NCBI GenBank assembly: GCA_963733035.1 | Contig: CAVTBU010000005.1 | Coordinates: 32,001 to 96,000 of the forward strand | Length of the DNA stretch: 64,000 nt | Source: Pirellulales bacterium | GTDB lineage: Bacteria; Planctomycetota; Planctomycetia; Pirellulales; PALSA-1355 | Reading direction: 5' to 3' | Part shown: in pieces, positions 19,859 to 32,277 of the stretch | How positions within the stretch are numbered: the stretch's first letter is position 1 | Layout of the letters: each line of letters begins with the position of its first letter | Position numbers and translations under genes: made by a program | The notes under the pieces: model-generated | Databases searched by the model: none | What the model was told of the DNA's origin: nothing | What the model saw: the letters and a program-made list of their open reading frames with translations, nothing else

Positions 19859-21512
19859 GAACGCGGTGAACCAGCGACAGTTGACGATTGGCTCAGTAGC
19901 ACGGCAATCGCATCTTAATTTGCGGCGAAACCCAGGAGAATTCGTTCGAGGGTGTTGATATTGAGGCAGGCGCGGTAGCGTTTGCCGCGGATGTTGTCTT
20001 TGATGGAAGTGTCCGCCGAGAGGATGGACACTGCCAGGCGTCGCAACATGGCCGAGGTCTGGGGTGCGTGCTGCTTGCGGATGCGGCTGGCGTCTTCTGA
20101 AAAAGTTACATCGAGCACCCAGTGCAACTGGCTTTCGATGCTCCAGTGCTGGCGGATGAATTTGGCCAGCGTCTTCACCTTGGGCGGCAGGCTGCTGAGG
20201 AAGTAGCTGTGACCAGCGTTGATTTTCTGTACCACCGGTTATGAAGGTAGGGGTTGGGATAAAGGTTCTTCGTCTTGGGTTCGCGTGTGCTGCTGGAGCG
20301 CAGGCGCAGCCGGAGCGGAAGCAGCACACGGGCGGCGAACTCCGAGGGGGTCCGGTAGCCCAGCGAACTGTGCGGCCGGTGATGGTTGTAATCCTCTCGC
20401 CAAGCGGCCGTTAGCGTGCGGGCTGCCGCCAGGTTCTCGAATACCTCCACGGTCAGGAACTCGTCCCGCAGCCGGCTGTGGAAGCTCTCGGCGTAGCCGT
20501 TCTCCCAGGGGCTGCCCGGCTCAATGTACAACGCTTCGACGTCCACCTGGTCCAGCCAGCGCCGGATCGTCGCGGCAACGAACTCGGGACCGTTGTCGCT
20601 ACGGATGTGCTTGCGGCACGCCCCGCATCGCAAACAGCTCGGCCAGCGTGTCGATCACGTCCTCGCTGGTGATGCTGCGATCCACCTTCAACGCCAGGCA
20701 CTCCCGCGTGTGCTCGTCCACGATCGAGAGCCACTTCAGCTGGCTGCCACTGGCCGTGCGATCGAAGACGAAGTCCCAGCACCAGACGTGGTCCTTGTGA
20801 TCGCTCGCCGCCTGTGACAAGCGTTCGCGCTCGTGCCCAATCGCCGCTTTTTCGCTTCTTTTGCGGCACTTTCAGACCCTCCCGACGCCACAGCCGATAC
20901 ACCGCGTGTCGCTGGCGCTGCCATCCTTCGTGACGCAATAGCTTGCGGTGATCCGCCGATAGCCGAAACGCGGATGCTCCCGCGCCAACTCCAGCATCCG
21001 CCTCACCAGCGCCGGTTCGTCGTCGCGTGGCTTGGCTGGTAACGTTGACTCGCCCGCGGTTGGTCCAACACCCGGCACGCCCTTCGCTCGGAGACTGCGA
21101 ACTCCTTGCGAAGCTCACCGACCGCCGCACGCTTCCGCGAAGGGCTTACCAGTTTCCCTCCGCGACGTGCTTCAGCATCTGGATGTCGAGAGCCTGGTCG
21201 GCCACGATCTGCTTCAGCCGGCGGTTCTCGTCTTCCAGCTCCTTCAGCCGCTTCGCCTCCTCGGCCTTCATCCCGCCGTACTGGTTCCGCCAGCGGTCGA
21301 ACGTCGACTGGCTGACCTCCAAGGCCTGCAGCACGGCCGCCAGGTCCTTGCCGGCGTTGAGCATCGCGTCCGCATCCCGCAGCTTCCGCACGATCTGCTC
21401 CGGGTTGTGTCGCTTCCGTCGCTTCGTCGTCATCGAAGGTCTCCTTGCCCTCCAGGGGCTCAAGACCTTCATAACACGTGGATCAGGATTTCAACAGCAC
21501 CCATAACCACAG

Positions 21513-21518
21513 TGTCAA
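21513..21518 (-). promoter_or_regulatory. Outward-facing -35 (TTGACA) that completes a junction promoter on circularisation
   Basis: The reconstructed circle junction reads TTGACA-N16-TACGAT with an extended TG; copy A also has TTGACA at 394-399. Confidence 0.65.
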
Positions 21519-21519
21519 G

Positions 21520-21821
21520 GGCTCTGTCTCTCTGTCTTGTTTTGATCATTTCGGAACAGAGAAAGGCTAGACGGGGGTGCAGGGGGTGGCAATGAACGCC
21601 CCTGCTCGACGACACGATGTCGTCGAAACTTCTCGCGTGCACCCCAGCTTTGTCGGCGCGAGGCGTAAGCACCCATTCGTGCCGTCCGGCACAAGGCCGT
21701 CGCACAGGAGACGATTCACATGGCAAGTCGCCCAATCAGGTCAACAGTGGAGGTCAAAGCTCACTAGCTATTGAAACGGGCCGATCCTGCCATTCGCATG
21801 CGCCCGCCATGAACCGATGCT
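21520..21821 (-). ncRNA. Putative bridge/seekRNA of IS1111 copy B
   Basis: Target-matching segments at 21767-21776 and 21737-21743; donor-matching segments at 21670-21676 and 21711-21715. Confidence 0.75.
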
Positions 21822-22814
21822 CTAGTTCGTTTCTTGCTGCCAACGTCGCAGCCGCTTCCAGCAGATTTCTGCCAATTTCCGAGCCACTGCAACTCTTGCG
21901 ATCTTGGCACTCGATCTCTTGCGGATTCGCTGATAAAAGTTCTTCAAACCTGGATCCTCTGTGACAACCTTGATGGCGGCTTCCACGAGAATCCACCGTA
22001 GCCAGGGAGAGCCGTCTCGCGATATTCGTCCGTGACGACAGACGGTGCCCGACTGCCGTACACGGGTTGCAAGGCCGGCATACGCTCCTACCTGCTTGGC
22101 AGTCCGGAATCGCTCCACGTCGCCGAGTTCCGCGATGATAACCAGCGCAGAGTAAAGCCCGATTCCCCGGATGTCGAGCAATGCTTCGGTCTGCGGGAAC
22201 TGGGCCGCCAACAGCTCAAGTTTCAGGTCGACTCGTGCGATTCGCCTTTGAAACGACTCCAGACGTTCCAATAGATCATCCCGCAGCTCGTTCTCGATTG
22301 GACCGAAGTCCTGCCGACGAAACCAGTGGAGTCCTCGGGGGCCAAATGGGACACGAAAGGGAGCCTCATAATTGCGGCGGGCAAGGATAGCACGCAAGCC
22401 GATCTTGACGCCTCCGGCTCCGCGGCCCAGCCGTATTCGATAGCGTGTCAATTCCCGGAGTTGCTGATAGGCTGGCGAAGGAACATACGAAAGAGGGATT
22501 TGGTTGATGCGAAGCAAATTGGCCAAGAGTTGACTGTCCAGCTTGTCCGTCTTCGACCGACGCTGCACCATCGCTCGCAATCGTAGCGGGTGGGCAACCA
22601 GCACCGTCCCAAGAGGATTCAGTCGCTCATACAACCAGCGGTAGCTTGCGCTCGCTTCGATAACTGCCCGAAATGGCTGCAACCGATGGAAAACTTGCAG
22701 CATCGTGGACTCGTCCTGAGTCGAAATCCGAACAGGCGCCATCGCCTGCCCCGAATCGTGAACCGCGGCCACCACCAGGTCGCGACGATGCAAATCAATG
22801 CCGACGTGCCACAT
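21822..22814 (-). CDS. IS110-family recombinase/transposase
   Basis: VGIDLH, IEAS, KTDKLDS, DIRGIG and RQSG motifs. Confidence 0.95.
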   Translation of the reverse strand: MWHVGIDLHRRDLVVAAVHDSGQAMAPVRISTQDESTMLQVFHRLQPFRAVIEASASYRWLYERLNPLGTVLVAHPLRLRAMVQRRSKTDKLDSQLLANLLRINQIPLSYVPSPAYQQLRELTRYRIRLGRGAGGVKIGLRAILARRNYEAPFRVPFGPRGLHWFRRQDFGPIENELRDDLLERLESFQRRIARVDLKLELLAAQFPQTEALLDIRGIGLYSALVIIAELGDVERFRTAKQVGAYAGLATRVRQSGTVCRHGRISRDGSPWLRWILVEAAIKVVTEDPGLKNFYQRIRKRSSAKIARVAVARKLAEICWKRLRRWQQETN

Positions 22815-24359
22815 AACTTGGGCTCCTTGTTTAGCGGCCTAGGAATCACCTTGCGGCTTATCCTACCCGCAGGCCACGAGCCCTCGTTCAGTGGTTATCG
22901 TATCAGGTCAGCTGACCTCGCCCGTTTCCCGCCCAGCGATCCGGGTGATCCGCAGCACCATGACGAGCGTGGCCAAGCCTTTCCAGTCGGCAACGCCGGG
23001 CAGCGACCGAGGAGCGGGCAGCACCGTGTATTCGCGGCGTTCTTGACGGCCGCGGTTGGTTTCCGTCGTCACGTGCCGACACATGCCGGGTGGCCGAACG
23101 CGGGCTTCCAGGGCCGTGGTAAACGCCGCATCCACCGCTTGGTGCAACTTTTCCTGATTGCCCTTGAGCGCCAGCACGTAGTCGCCGCCGCCGGCGACGA
23201 TCTTGGTGGCGATTTCTTTCTGACAGCCCATGGCATCGATGGTGACCGTCGCGCCTTTCAGATCGAGCAGTTCCAACAGCAGCGGAATCGCCGTGATTTC
23301 GTTGGATTTCGAGTCGACGGCAACCTGCCCTAGCGTCAGGCGTGTCTCGCTGGCCCAGGCACTCACCAGGTGCAAGGGATTGCGGCCGGCCGCTTTGTCT
23401 CCGGAGCCGCGCAAGGTTTTGCCGTCGATGGCAATATGCTTGCCGATTTCGCGGCCCAGATCGTCGAGCCACTGCTGAATGCCAGCGACCAACTCGGCAG
23501 GATCGAGCATCGCGAACACGCGGCCAAACGTGTCGTGCGAGGGGATGCCGCCTTCGAGTCGCAGAAACGTTCGCAGCCAGACCAGCCGATCGTTGCCAAA
23601 CCGCTCGATGTCAGCCCAGGTATCGGCCCCCGCAATCGTGCCGCACAGCGCCACAACGACCAACTCGAACAGGTCGTGCACACGCGTCCGCTCGATCCGC
23701 GGATCGGTCAGATCTTCAAACGGAGTAAAAACTGCCACGAGTCGCTGCGACATGAAAAAACCCTCCGTGAGTGACGTTCCTCCGAAGGAATCCTTCAAGG
23801 GCCCTTGACTCTTTCAAGCCGCTACCAATAGTGCAACAGAATTAGATGCGATTGCCGTGGCTCAGTAGCAAATTCCGTTGGGCATTGAGTGCCGTAGTAA
23901 TGTTGCAGTAATTGGTGATCACTCGCAGTCTATCGAACTTTGACACATGACCACGATGCGGACTTTGCGGCGGTTGCGGACGCTTGTGGGCTCGCTTGCC
24001 AATGGATGCCTGCCGCTACGCTTGGAACTGCCACCCGCTGAAGTAGACGGATTACGATTTTGTAAGGAATCGGATAGTCTCTTGAGAGGGTAATCCTTTC
24101 GTGTTAGCGTCGGCACGGCGCCCGACAATCGGCCATTGACTGCCGCGAAAGAAGAGACCGATGGAAAGCTCTAGAAACACCCAGGTTCCAAACGGGTTGG
24201 CTGGCTTCTGTCGTGCGGCGGCATTCCGTGGCACCCCGAAGGGACCGGGTATGCGCTGCGGGCCCGCCACGACGGGATGATTTTTCTGCCGAGGGGTTGA
24301 AACATTTCCCGTCCGGTCTTCTTCCGCTTCGTTCCTATCTAGATGGGGGCTCCGTGACA

Positions 24360-24980
24360 ATGAACGAGGCGTTTCCGCCACGCCCGCGGGAGAATTCCTC
24401 GGACACCCCGGGCGCCGTGGATCAATGGCTTCGAGAAGCTCGCGACGGTTCGCGCACGGCTTTGGGCCGGATTATGGAGGCTAGGCGCAACCACTTGCTA
24501 CTGGTCGCCAACCGTTCCTTGGGTCAAAACCTAAGGTCCAAGATCGGCGCATCGGACCTCGTACAAGATACGTATGTCGAGGCGCAACGCAATTTCGGCC
24601 ATTTCCGCGGAAGTACTGAACAGGAGTTTCATGCTTGGCTTTTGGGCATTTTGGCCAATCGGCTGGCTAATGCCGTGCGCTTCTACCGGCAGACGCAAAA
24701 ACGCGCCGTCGACCGCGAGTTGTCCGTGGCGGCGGTCGATGCGGCACTGAGCATACTGCACGACGGAGCTGCCACACCCGGCACTAGGATGCTGGTCGAC
24801 GACGAGCAACGGCGCGTACGGCTGGCACTGCAATACGTACAGGAACCGTGGCGGTCGGTACTGGTCGAACGGATCTGGCAGGGAGCCACGTTTGCCGAGA
24901 TCGGCGTGCGAAGAAATCGTTCCGCCGAGGCGGCCCGTAAGCTTTGGGTTCGGGGCGTGCGGAAATGCGAGAAGCACTAG
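24360..24980 (+). CDS. ECF sigma-70 factor
   Basis: ASDLVQDT, FHAWL and region-4 TFAEIG..SAEAARKLW; C-terminus possibly frameshifted. Confidence 0.85.
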   Translation: MNEAFPPRPRENSSDTPGAVDQWLREARDGSRTALGRIMEARRNHLLLVANRSLGQNLRSKIGASDLVQDTYVEAQRNFGHFRGSTEQEFHAWLLGILANRLANAVRFYRQTQKRAVDRELSVAAVDAALSILHDGAATPGTRMLVDDEQRRVRLALQYVQEPWRSVLVERIWQGATFAEIGVRRNRSAEAARKLWVRGVRKCEKH

Positions 24981-25002
24981 CACAGATCGATTGACCGCCA
25001 TC

Positions 25003-28000
25003 ATGGGTGCCGACGATCAAGACCGCAATGAACTGTTGGCCGAGCTCTTGGCGCTTCGAAGAGCGACTGGCTAGCGGTGCGGACCCCGATGACCTGGATG
25101 CGCCGAGCGTCTGCAGCGACCCAAGGCTGGTAGCCGAGTGGGAAGCCGATCGGCAGTGCGTCGAGTTGATGTATCGCGTCCGCCGCACGTGGTCGCCGGA
25201 AGATGCCGAAGGCGATACTCCCCGGCCGGCGGCCGAATCGGTTACTTCGCCAGTCGGAGAATTGGGCAAGACGCTGGGGCGATTTCGCATCTTGCACGAA
25301 CTAGGTCACGGCGGATTGGGCATCGTCTATTTGGCTATCGATCCCAAGTTGCGTCGCCAAGTGGCAGTTAAGATCCCTCGCATCGAATCGCTGGTCAGCG
25401 ACGAGTTGCGGCGACGCTTTTTGCGCGAGGCAGAGGCCGCTGCGCGGCTTTGTCACCCGAACATTGTCGCGGTTCACGAAACCGGCGAAGTAAACTCCCT
25501 TTGTTACATCGCTGCCGAGTTTTGTCCCGGGCCGACGCTGGCTCAGTGGCTTAAGTCGCAGTGCAAGCCAGTCGCGGTCAAGGTGGCCGCTCGCATAGTC
25601 AAACAACTTGCAGAGGCAATGCAGCATGCCCATGGCCGCGGGGTACTCCACCGTGACATCAAGCCGAGCAACGTGCTTTTGAGTAGGCTGAAGGCGGAAC
25701 AGGAGATTCCTGGGAGCCAGGGTGCACAGTTCGCGGGACCAAAAGAGGATGAGTTGATCCGGCCAGATGACTCCGTGGCAGGAATGTGTCCGAAGTTGAC
25801 CGACTTCGGCATGGCAAAGCTGCTGGAGCGGGACGGAGAAGAGACACGTAGCGGCGCGCTGGTCGGCACACCGGCATATATGGCCCCGGAGCAGGCCCAA
25901 GGGTGCGTGCGCAACATTGACGCCCGCGCCGACGTTTACGCGTTGGGCGCGATTCTATACGAGCTGCTCACTGGGCGGCGGGTGTTCGAAACCCAGTCGG
26001 ACATGGAAGCCTTGCGTCATGTCCTGTTCGAAGAACCCGTGGCTCCACGCAAACTGCGAGCGGAGATCCCGCGCAACTTGGAAGCGATCACTCTCAAATG
26101 TCTGGCCAAGCAGCGCGAGGCACGGTATGCCACTGCACAGGAATTGGCCGATGACTTGAACCGATTCTTGGCTGGCCGGGCCACTGAAGCTCGACCGCTG
26201 GGTGCCGTCGAGCGGTCATGGAAATGGGCACGACGTCGCCCCACCATTGCCGCGCTTTGGGCCGTGATTACAACAGCGACCGTCATGCTGTTTGGAACCG
26301 TCATTGGCTACAACTCGCGCCTCAGCGACGAAGTCGTTCGCGACCGAGCCCTGGGAGGCCGCCCAGCGTGAGGCGGAAGCCAGCCGGCGGCTACTCTATA
26401 CGGCCGACGTGCGCTTGGCCTACGAAACGCTGAAGGCAAACAACGTCGTCCAAGCAAGCGAGGTGCTCAAGCGACAGATTCCACGTTCTGGTCAACAAGA
26501 TGTACGTGAGTTCGCCTGGTACTACTTGCATGAGCAGTGTGATCCGCGCACCTTGACACTGCAGGGTCACCGGGGTGACATCTTTTCCATCGCTTTTTCG
26601 CCAGATGGACGAATGCTTGCCACGGCCGGCAAGGACGGCACTGTGCGTCTGTGGCATGCCAAGACAGGCAAGTCGTTGGCAGTGCTGCGAGGCCACACGA
26701 ACGAGGTTACCAGCGTCACATTTTCGCCGGACGGCACGAAGTTGGCCACCGGCAGCGAAGATCGAACAGTACGGTTGTGGGATGCACCCAGCGGAGAGTG
26801 TCGATGCATACTGAAGGGGCATATCGATCACGTCATGACTGTCGCATTCTCGCCAGACGAGCGGATGCTCGCCTCGGGCAGCCGTGACACGAGTGTGCGA
26901 ATTTGGGACTTGGCCACCGGCGAGACGATCGTCGTACTCAACGAAGAGATGGACGTGATTCGGGCCGTAGTATTCTCTCCATTGGGTGAGATGTTGTTCG
27001 CAGCCGATGAGGAAGGAAACGTACATGCTTGGCAATCTGCCGATTGGCGTCATCTAGCCCGGAAGTCCATTCCTTCGGAGAGGCTGTTTGCCTTGTCAGT
27101 ATCTCGCGACGGTGCGCTGGTTGCGGCCGCCGGCAGACGTAGAGAAATCCACACCTGGGCCGTCGAAGGCAATAACCTCGCGGAACTGCCGCTCCGCGCG
27201 GGCGGCCATAGTGACTGGATCCAGGCGCTCGCGTTTTCTCCAGTCGACGAAACGCTTGCCTCAGGTGGCAAAGACGGGGTGGTGCAGCTTTGGGATCAAC
27301 ATAGCACACAGCCACAGCGTCAATTGTTAGGACACACGGAGCGCGTATGGTCTCTGGCTTGGTCACCCGACGGGACGCGTCTGGCCAGCGCAAGTGCCAA
27401 TGGCAAGGCGAGGGTCTGGGAAGTCGCTCAAAGTGGAATCAAGCAATATCGTCCGACAGTGAGTTCACGTGTGCTCAGCGCTGCATTCATGCGTGACGGC
27501 AGTTTACTTTTCACGAGCGCTGAAAACGGGTGCATTCAGGTCTGGAACCCCGTGGCGAGATCGCTGGTCGAGGAGTTCCAGGCACACGATATGCATGTCG
27601 ATGACATCTGTCTCTCGCCTGACGACAGCCTGATTGCGACGCGTGACGCAAAAGGGGCCATTTCGATCTGGTCGCGGGAGACTTTTCGCGAGGTATATTC
27701 GCGACCGGCCACGCATGGTTTCCTTCCACCGATCGCCTGGGCTCCCGCCGGGAGACGCCTGGCAATGACGACCGATGCTAAGACTGTCAGGATCATCGAC
27801 ATCGACTCGGCGGCCATGGCGCACAGGTTTCGACACTCGACGGACGTGAAAGACGTTCTGTTCACGTCCAATGATCGTCAGTTAATTACTGTAAGCCAGA
27901 CCGTAAATGTCTGGGACGTGGAAACCGAGCGGCAAGTATTTACACTGCCTGGGGCACATAACAAGGGTCTGGCTACTTCCACTGATGGAAGATTTCTCGC

Positions 28001-28313
28001 GGCAATTCGTGGCGCCAGCGTCTCTCTCATCGACTTGCAATCTGATTTTCGTACTAGAAAGCTTGTGAGCGCAAGTGGTGAGGTGTTCTGCCTGGCGTTC
28101 TCACCGGATGGAAACACCCTGGCGATCGGCACTACCCAGCCGATAACGGTCAGTCTTTGGGATTCACGCACGGCCCGTTTGCTGATGCAGTTGGAAACCG
28201 ATGCGCCGAACATCTATGGCTTGGCGTTCTCGCCCGACGGCAAACGTCTTGTCTTGACCGGCAGCGACGATCAGAATCGCGGCTGCGTCTGGGAATGGAC
28301 GCTTGACGAATAA
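25003..28313 (+). CDS. Ser/Thr protein kinase with C-terminal WD40 repeats (frameshifts near 25050 and 26350)
   Basis: GHGGLG, HRDIKPSN, DFG and GTPAYMAPEQ motifs; many GH..FSPDG..WD repeats. Confidence 0.9.
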
Positions 28314-28664
28314 CCGATAGCCGATATCGCTCGGTGCCAGGTCGTCTTCACGTATGAACTTGCCCGCATGGATGTTGTCATTCATTGAACCCGTGACGGA
28401 GCGATTCAACGCTTTGGCGAAACTGAACGTTCCACTCGGTGAGACGATGCATTTGCAACAAATGACTTGCTTGCCCTCATCCGCCATAGATTCCCGAAAC
28501 GTATCCACAGCGCGGCCAATGAATGTACTGTCGCCGATAATTCCCCGTCAGTACATGACGCACGAGATGGCACGACCAACTGGCGTAGGGATTCTCGTCC
28601 GGCGGCATCTCAACCAGTTTGCCCGCTTGGTTCTTTGTGTTGAGTTTTTGAGAGATCCGAAAAC

Positions 28665-29247
28665 TCATTTCCCAGGTAATGCGACTGGGGACAAATTCTC
28701 CAAGACACTTGTTGCAACCTGTTTTGCTAGAGCTTCGTTTCCCTGCCCATTGAAATGAACTCCATCGTCAGAAGTCCACTCGGCATGATCCTTGACCAGT
28801 TCAAAGAGGTCATCGGCTGGGATGTGTTGTTCCGTCATAATCTCAGAGGCGCGTGTGTTTCGCACTTTGACTCGATCTGTTCGTTCAGCGAAGGTTTTCA
28901 AGCCGGTCTTTTCACGCACAGGCGTCGTGGTTGCCCAGATCAACTTGGCATCACCAGCATGTTCCTTCACGGCGACAACAGTCTTCAAGAGATCGTCACG
29001 GTATTGATCTTCTGTGTAGCCCCATCCGTGAAGACCGTTGTTGAGGTGAATCACGGAGAACTTGTACTGCTTCAGCATCAGTTTTAGATCTTCGTTGAAC
29101 GTGGGATCAGAAACACATTTCGATGTGGTCAGCCGGGCACAATAGGCTTTCCCTACGAGATGCTTTTCCACTGCACCGAAGTATCCTCTAGTGATCGAAT
29201 CGCCAACCAGCAAGACTCGTGGAAGGTCAGTCTTGTCAGCGTCCGTG
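28665..29247 (-). pseudogene. SGNH/GDSL hydrolase, 3' part (5' part at 35535-35638)
   Basis: VGDSI, NNGLH and DGVH motifs; cut by the IS3 at 29248. Confidence 0.85.
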
Positions 29248-30606
29248 TGAGGTGGACCCCAACTGTTGGACAGTTTTGGGGCTTGGATAAGATGTAGGTC
29301 GCCGGGTCTGGCGGCCCGTGAGACCTCTCACGGGTCTCGCGCGGCCGCGACGGCTGACGACGGTTTGGGTTCCGTTTGATTCTCCTCTTTAACCCTGCCT
29401 CAACAGGGATTTGAGCGCCGAACGTTTCGCGCTGTTTTCTGCCCGTACAACTCGGCCGGCGTGCGGTAGCCGAGGGCCTGGTGGATTCGTCGCTGGCAGT
29501 AGAACTCGAAGTAGCGGGCCAGCGATTGCTCCGCCTCCCAACCATCGGCGTAGTCCCGCAGGTACACCTCCTCGTACTTCACGCTCCGCCACAGCCGTTC
29601 GATGAACACGTTGTCGAGCGCCCGACCGCGACCGTCCATCGAGATCGCCACGCCACACTTCTCCAATCGGCCCGTGAAGGCCGCCGCCGTGAACTGGCTT
29701 CCTTGATCGCTGTTGAAAATCTCCGGGCGCTTGGTGGCCAGTGCCTCGTCGAGTGCTTCTAGGCAAAATCTTCCTTCGAGCGTGTTCGACAACCGCCAGG
29801 CCAACACGTAGCGACTGAACCAGTCCATCACCGCCGTCAGATACAAAAAGCCGTGGCGCAACGGAATGTACGTGATGTCGCTGGCCCACACCTGGTCGGG
29901 CCGCGTAATCTCCAGATTCCGCAGCAAATACGGGTAAATCTTGTGTCCGGCGGCCGGGCGCGTGGTGCGTCGCTTGACGCCCACCGCCTCCAAACCCATC
30001 AACCGCATCAGTCGCTGAGCATGCTTGCGATTGATGCCAAGCTCGATCGCCATCTTGCGGCTGCCGTAAAACGGCGTTTGCAAATACTGCTCGTCGATCC
30101 GCTTCATCAGCGCCAGGTTCTCGGCCGTCTCGCCGCTCGGCACGTAATACCGGGTGCTGCGCGGCAGGCCGACCAGCTCGCACTGTCGGGCGATACTCAA
30201 CGGGGCGTGATGGGTGTCGATGCATCTTCGCTTGGCCTCAGGCGAGCTCGGCAGATTTTTTTTTCAACCACTCGACCTCCATCTTCAAGCGGCCGATCTG
30301 CTCGTAAAGTTCCTGCTCGCCCGCCGACTGCTCGTCGCGTCGCGCGCGGCCGTCCTCGAACAGTCCGGCCGCTTGCTCCAAGAGCTGCTTCTTCCAGGCC
30401 GTGACCTGGCTGGTGTGCACGCCGAACTCGCTGGCCAACTGGGCCGTCGTCCTGTCACCTCGGACCGCCGCCAAAGCCACCTTGGCCTTGAACGCCGCCC
30501 CAAACACCCGCCGCTTCCGCGTCATGCTGGCACACTCCTGATTCGGTCGTCTCCGCACCCGGAAACCACACCTTATCAGCGCGCCCAGTTTTTGGGGTCC
30601 ACCTCA
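29248..30606 (-). mobile_element. IS3-family element, copy 1
   Basis: IR TGAGGTGGACCCC; orfA 30238-30523; orfB 29400-30200 with WASDITY, NSDQGSQF and DNVFIERLW; A9 frameshift tract. Confidence 0.95.
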
Positions 30607-30665
30607 GCCCAGGGCTGGATGATGCTGAGAGCTTTGCCTGCGAAACGGTATTGTTGATTTGTCAT
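30607..30665 (-). pseudogene. ASCH-domain gene, 5' fragment
   Basis: MTNQQYRFAGKALSIIQPW(A); continues after IS3 copy 2. Confidence 0.75.
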
Positions 30666-30742
30666 TCAAGATGCCGATCAGATCGGTTATGTAGTTGCGT
30701 AAGGAAGAAATGAGAACTCATCGAAACGATCCCTGCGATAAC

Positions 30743-32209
30743 CTAATGCGTCATCGCGGCAGTTTCGGCGCCGTTTCCGTTCGCCGCTTCATCCACCTCC
30801 AGCAACTCAGCCGCGTGCAGTTGCTTGGGAGAGACTTCGACGGGAATCAGGTGTTCGATCTGCCCGTCGCTGGATACTGCGCCCAGGTCGACAAACTTGC
30901 GGGCACTGACCAACACGCGTGATTCCAACGTGCCGATGGCACTGTTGTACGAATCGGTCGCCTTTTTCAGGTTCTTGCCGAGGGAGATCATGTGATCCCC
31001 CATCTTCGAGCACCGCTCGTAGAGTTCTTTTCCTAGATTGCTGATTTCCTTCGCGTTTTCTGCCAGTTGCTCCTGCCGCCAGCCGTAAGCAACGGCTCGG
31101 AGTAATGCGATCAACGTGGTTGGCGTGGCGATGATCACGTTCTGATCAACGCCAAACTCGATTAAAGCGGGGTCTTGCATGAGAGCAGCACAGAAAAATG
31201 CTTCCCCAGGCAGGAACAAGACAACGAATTCTGGGCTCGGTTCAAACTGCTCAAAGTATGATTTTCTTCCGAGCATCGTCAGATGAGTCCGAATCTGTTG
31301 GGCGTGCTGCTGAAGCTTTGCCTTCCGCGTTTCCTCGTCAGGGGCTTCTATCGCCTCCAAATAGGCGGACAAGGGCGCCTTGGCATCGACGACGATGTTT
31401 CGTGAACTCGGTAAACGAACGACCATATCGGGGCGAAGTCTGCCGTCTTCGGTGTCCACCGATTCCTGTTCATAAAAATCGCAGTGGTCCACCATTCCCG
31501 CCATCTCCACGACACGGTGGAGTTGGATTTCGCCCCAGCGTCCGCGGACGTTCGGTGTACGGAGTGCCTGTACTAGATTGGCGGTCTCGTTGCGAAGCTG
31601 GGTCTGTCCATCGGTCAAGAATTTGATTTGCTCGGTGAGACCCGAATACGCACCCTGGCGAGCTTTTTCCAGTGCCTGGATTTTTGCATCGACTTTTTCC
31701 AGCGACTCTTTGACGGGTTTCACCAGTCCATCGATGGCTTGTTGCCGCTTGTCCAGGTCACCTTTTGCAGTCTCGTGGTGCTTTTCAAAATTGGACTTTG
31801 CCAGTTCGAGGAAAGACTGGTTGTTCGTCTTCAGGGCGTCAGATGCCAAAGCTTTGAAGGCGTCGCTGAGTTTCTTTTCAGCCTGTTCCAAAAGGGCAAG
31901 TTTCTCCTCGGCTTGCTTCCTTTCCTTCATCAGAGTGGTGTGGTATCCAGTCAACTTTTTGTGAAGTTCACGGACTGCGATATTCTGCTGATGAATCTCG
32001 GCATCCTTCTGCTGAAGAACCGTCTTGTTTTGTTCCAACACTTGCTCTCGATTCTGCAGGCGTTCGAGCAGCGTGGCTCGCTCCGCGCCCATTTCAGCAC
32101 GAACCTGTTCGACCGCCTGTATAGCCTTTGCTTTGAGGGCGAACCACACACCGGCTCCCCCAATTGCAATTCCGATCAGCAGCATGGCAACGGGCAGGAC
32201 GAACTCCAT
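30743..32209 (-). CDS. rmuC: DNA recombination protein RmuC family
   Basis: N-terminal TM and coiled coil; [34 protein letters not shown] and [10 protein letters not shown] motifs. Confidence 0.93.
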   Translation of the reverse strand: MEFVLPVAMLLIGIAIGGAGVWFALKAKAIQAVEQVRAEMGAERATLLERLQNREQVLEQNKTVLQQKDAEIHQQNIAVRELHKKLTGYHTTLMKERKQAEEKLALLEQAEKKLSDAFKALASDALKTNNQSFLELAKSNFEKHHETAKGDLDKRQQAIDGLVKPVKESLEKVDAKIQALEKARQGAYSGLTEQIKFLTDGQTQLRNETANLVQALRTPNVRGRWGEIQLHRVVEMAGMVDHCDFYEQESVDTEDGRLRPDMVVRLPSSRNIVVDAKAPLSAYLEAIEAPDEETRKAKLQQHAQQIRTHLTMLGRKSYFEQFEPSPEFVVLFLPGEAFFCAALMQDPALIEFGVDQNVIIATPTTLIALLRAVAYGWRQEQLAENAKEISNLGKELYERCSKMGDHMISLGKNLKKATDSYNSAIGTLESRVLVSARKFVDLGAVSSDGQIEHLIPVEVSPKQLHAAELLEVDEAANGNGAETAAMTH

Positions 32210-32277
32210 GGCAGGCTCCCGAAAACGACGAGCGAAACGGTACGTCGAGTCTAGGCGGGTCGATCCCCCCATGCAAG

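Larger units (their letters stand above)
21500..22905 (-). mobile_element. IS1111-type insertion sequence (copy B)
   Basis: Sub-terminal IR ATAACCAC at 21503-21510 and 22891-22898, 3 and 7 nt from the ends; core CA. Confidence 0.88.
20210..22910 (-). mobile_element. IS3-family element inside ISAs1; orfB multiply frameshifted; IRL interrupted by IS1111
   Basis: 4-bp TSD GCTG at 20206-20209 and 22911-22914; IRR TGACCAGCGTTG; reconstructed IRL TGACCTGCTGTTG; orfA 21146-21433; orfB motifs WCWDF and SDNGPEF. Confidence 0.88.
19915..23753 (-). pseudogene. ISAs1 transposase split into 22911-23753 and 19915-20209
   Basis: IAIDGKTLRGS, KSNEITAIP and DAMGCQ on one side; HWSIESQLHWVLDVTF on the other; junction ETGEVS|YFLSSL. 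Confidence 0.9.
19900..23859 (-). mobile_element. ISAs1-family element, interrupted
   Basis: 16-bp perfect IR CACGGCAATCGCATCT; TSD GCTCAGTAG at 19891-19899 and 23860-23868. Confidence 0.92.

Noticed and set aside
19337..20329. 330-aa integrase ORF
   Set aside because: Chimeric: its N-terminal half is off-frame ISAs1/IS3 sequence.
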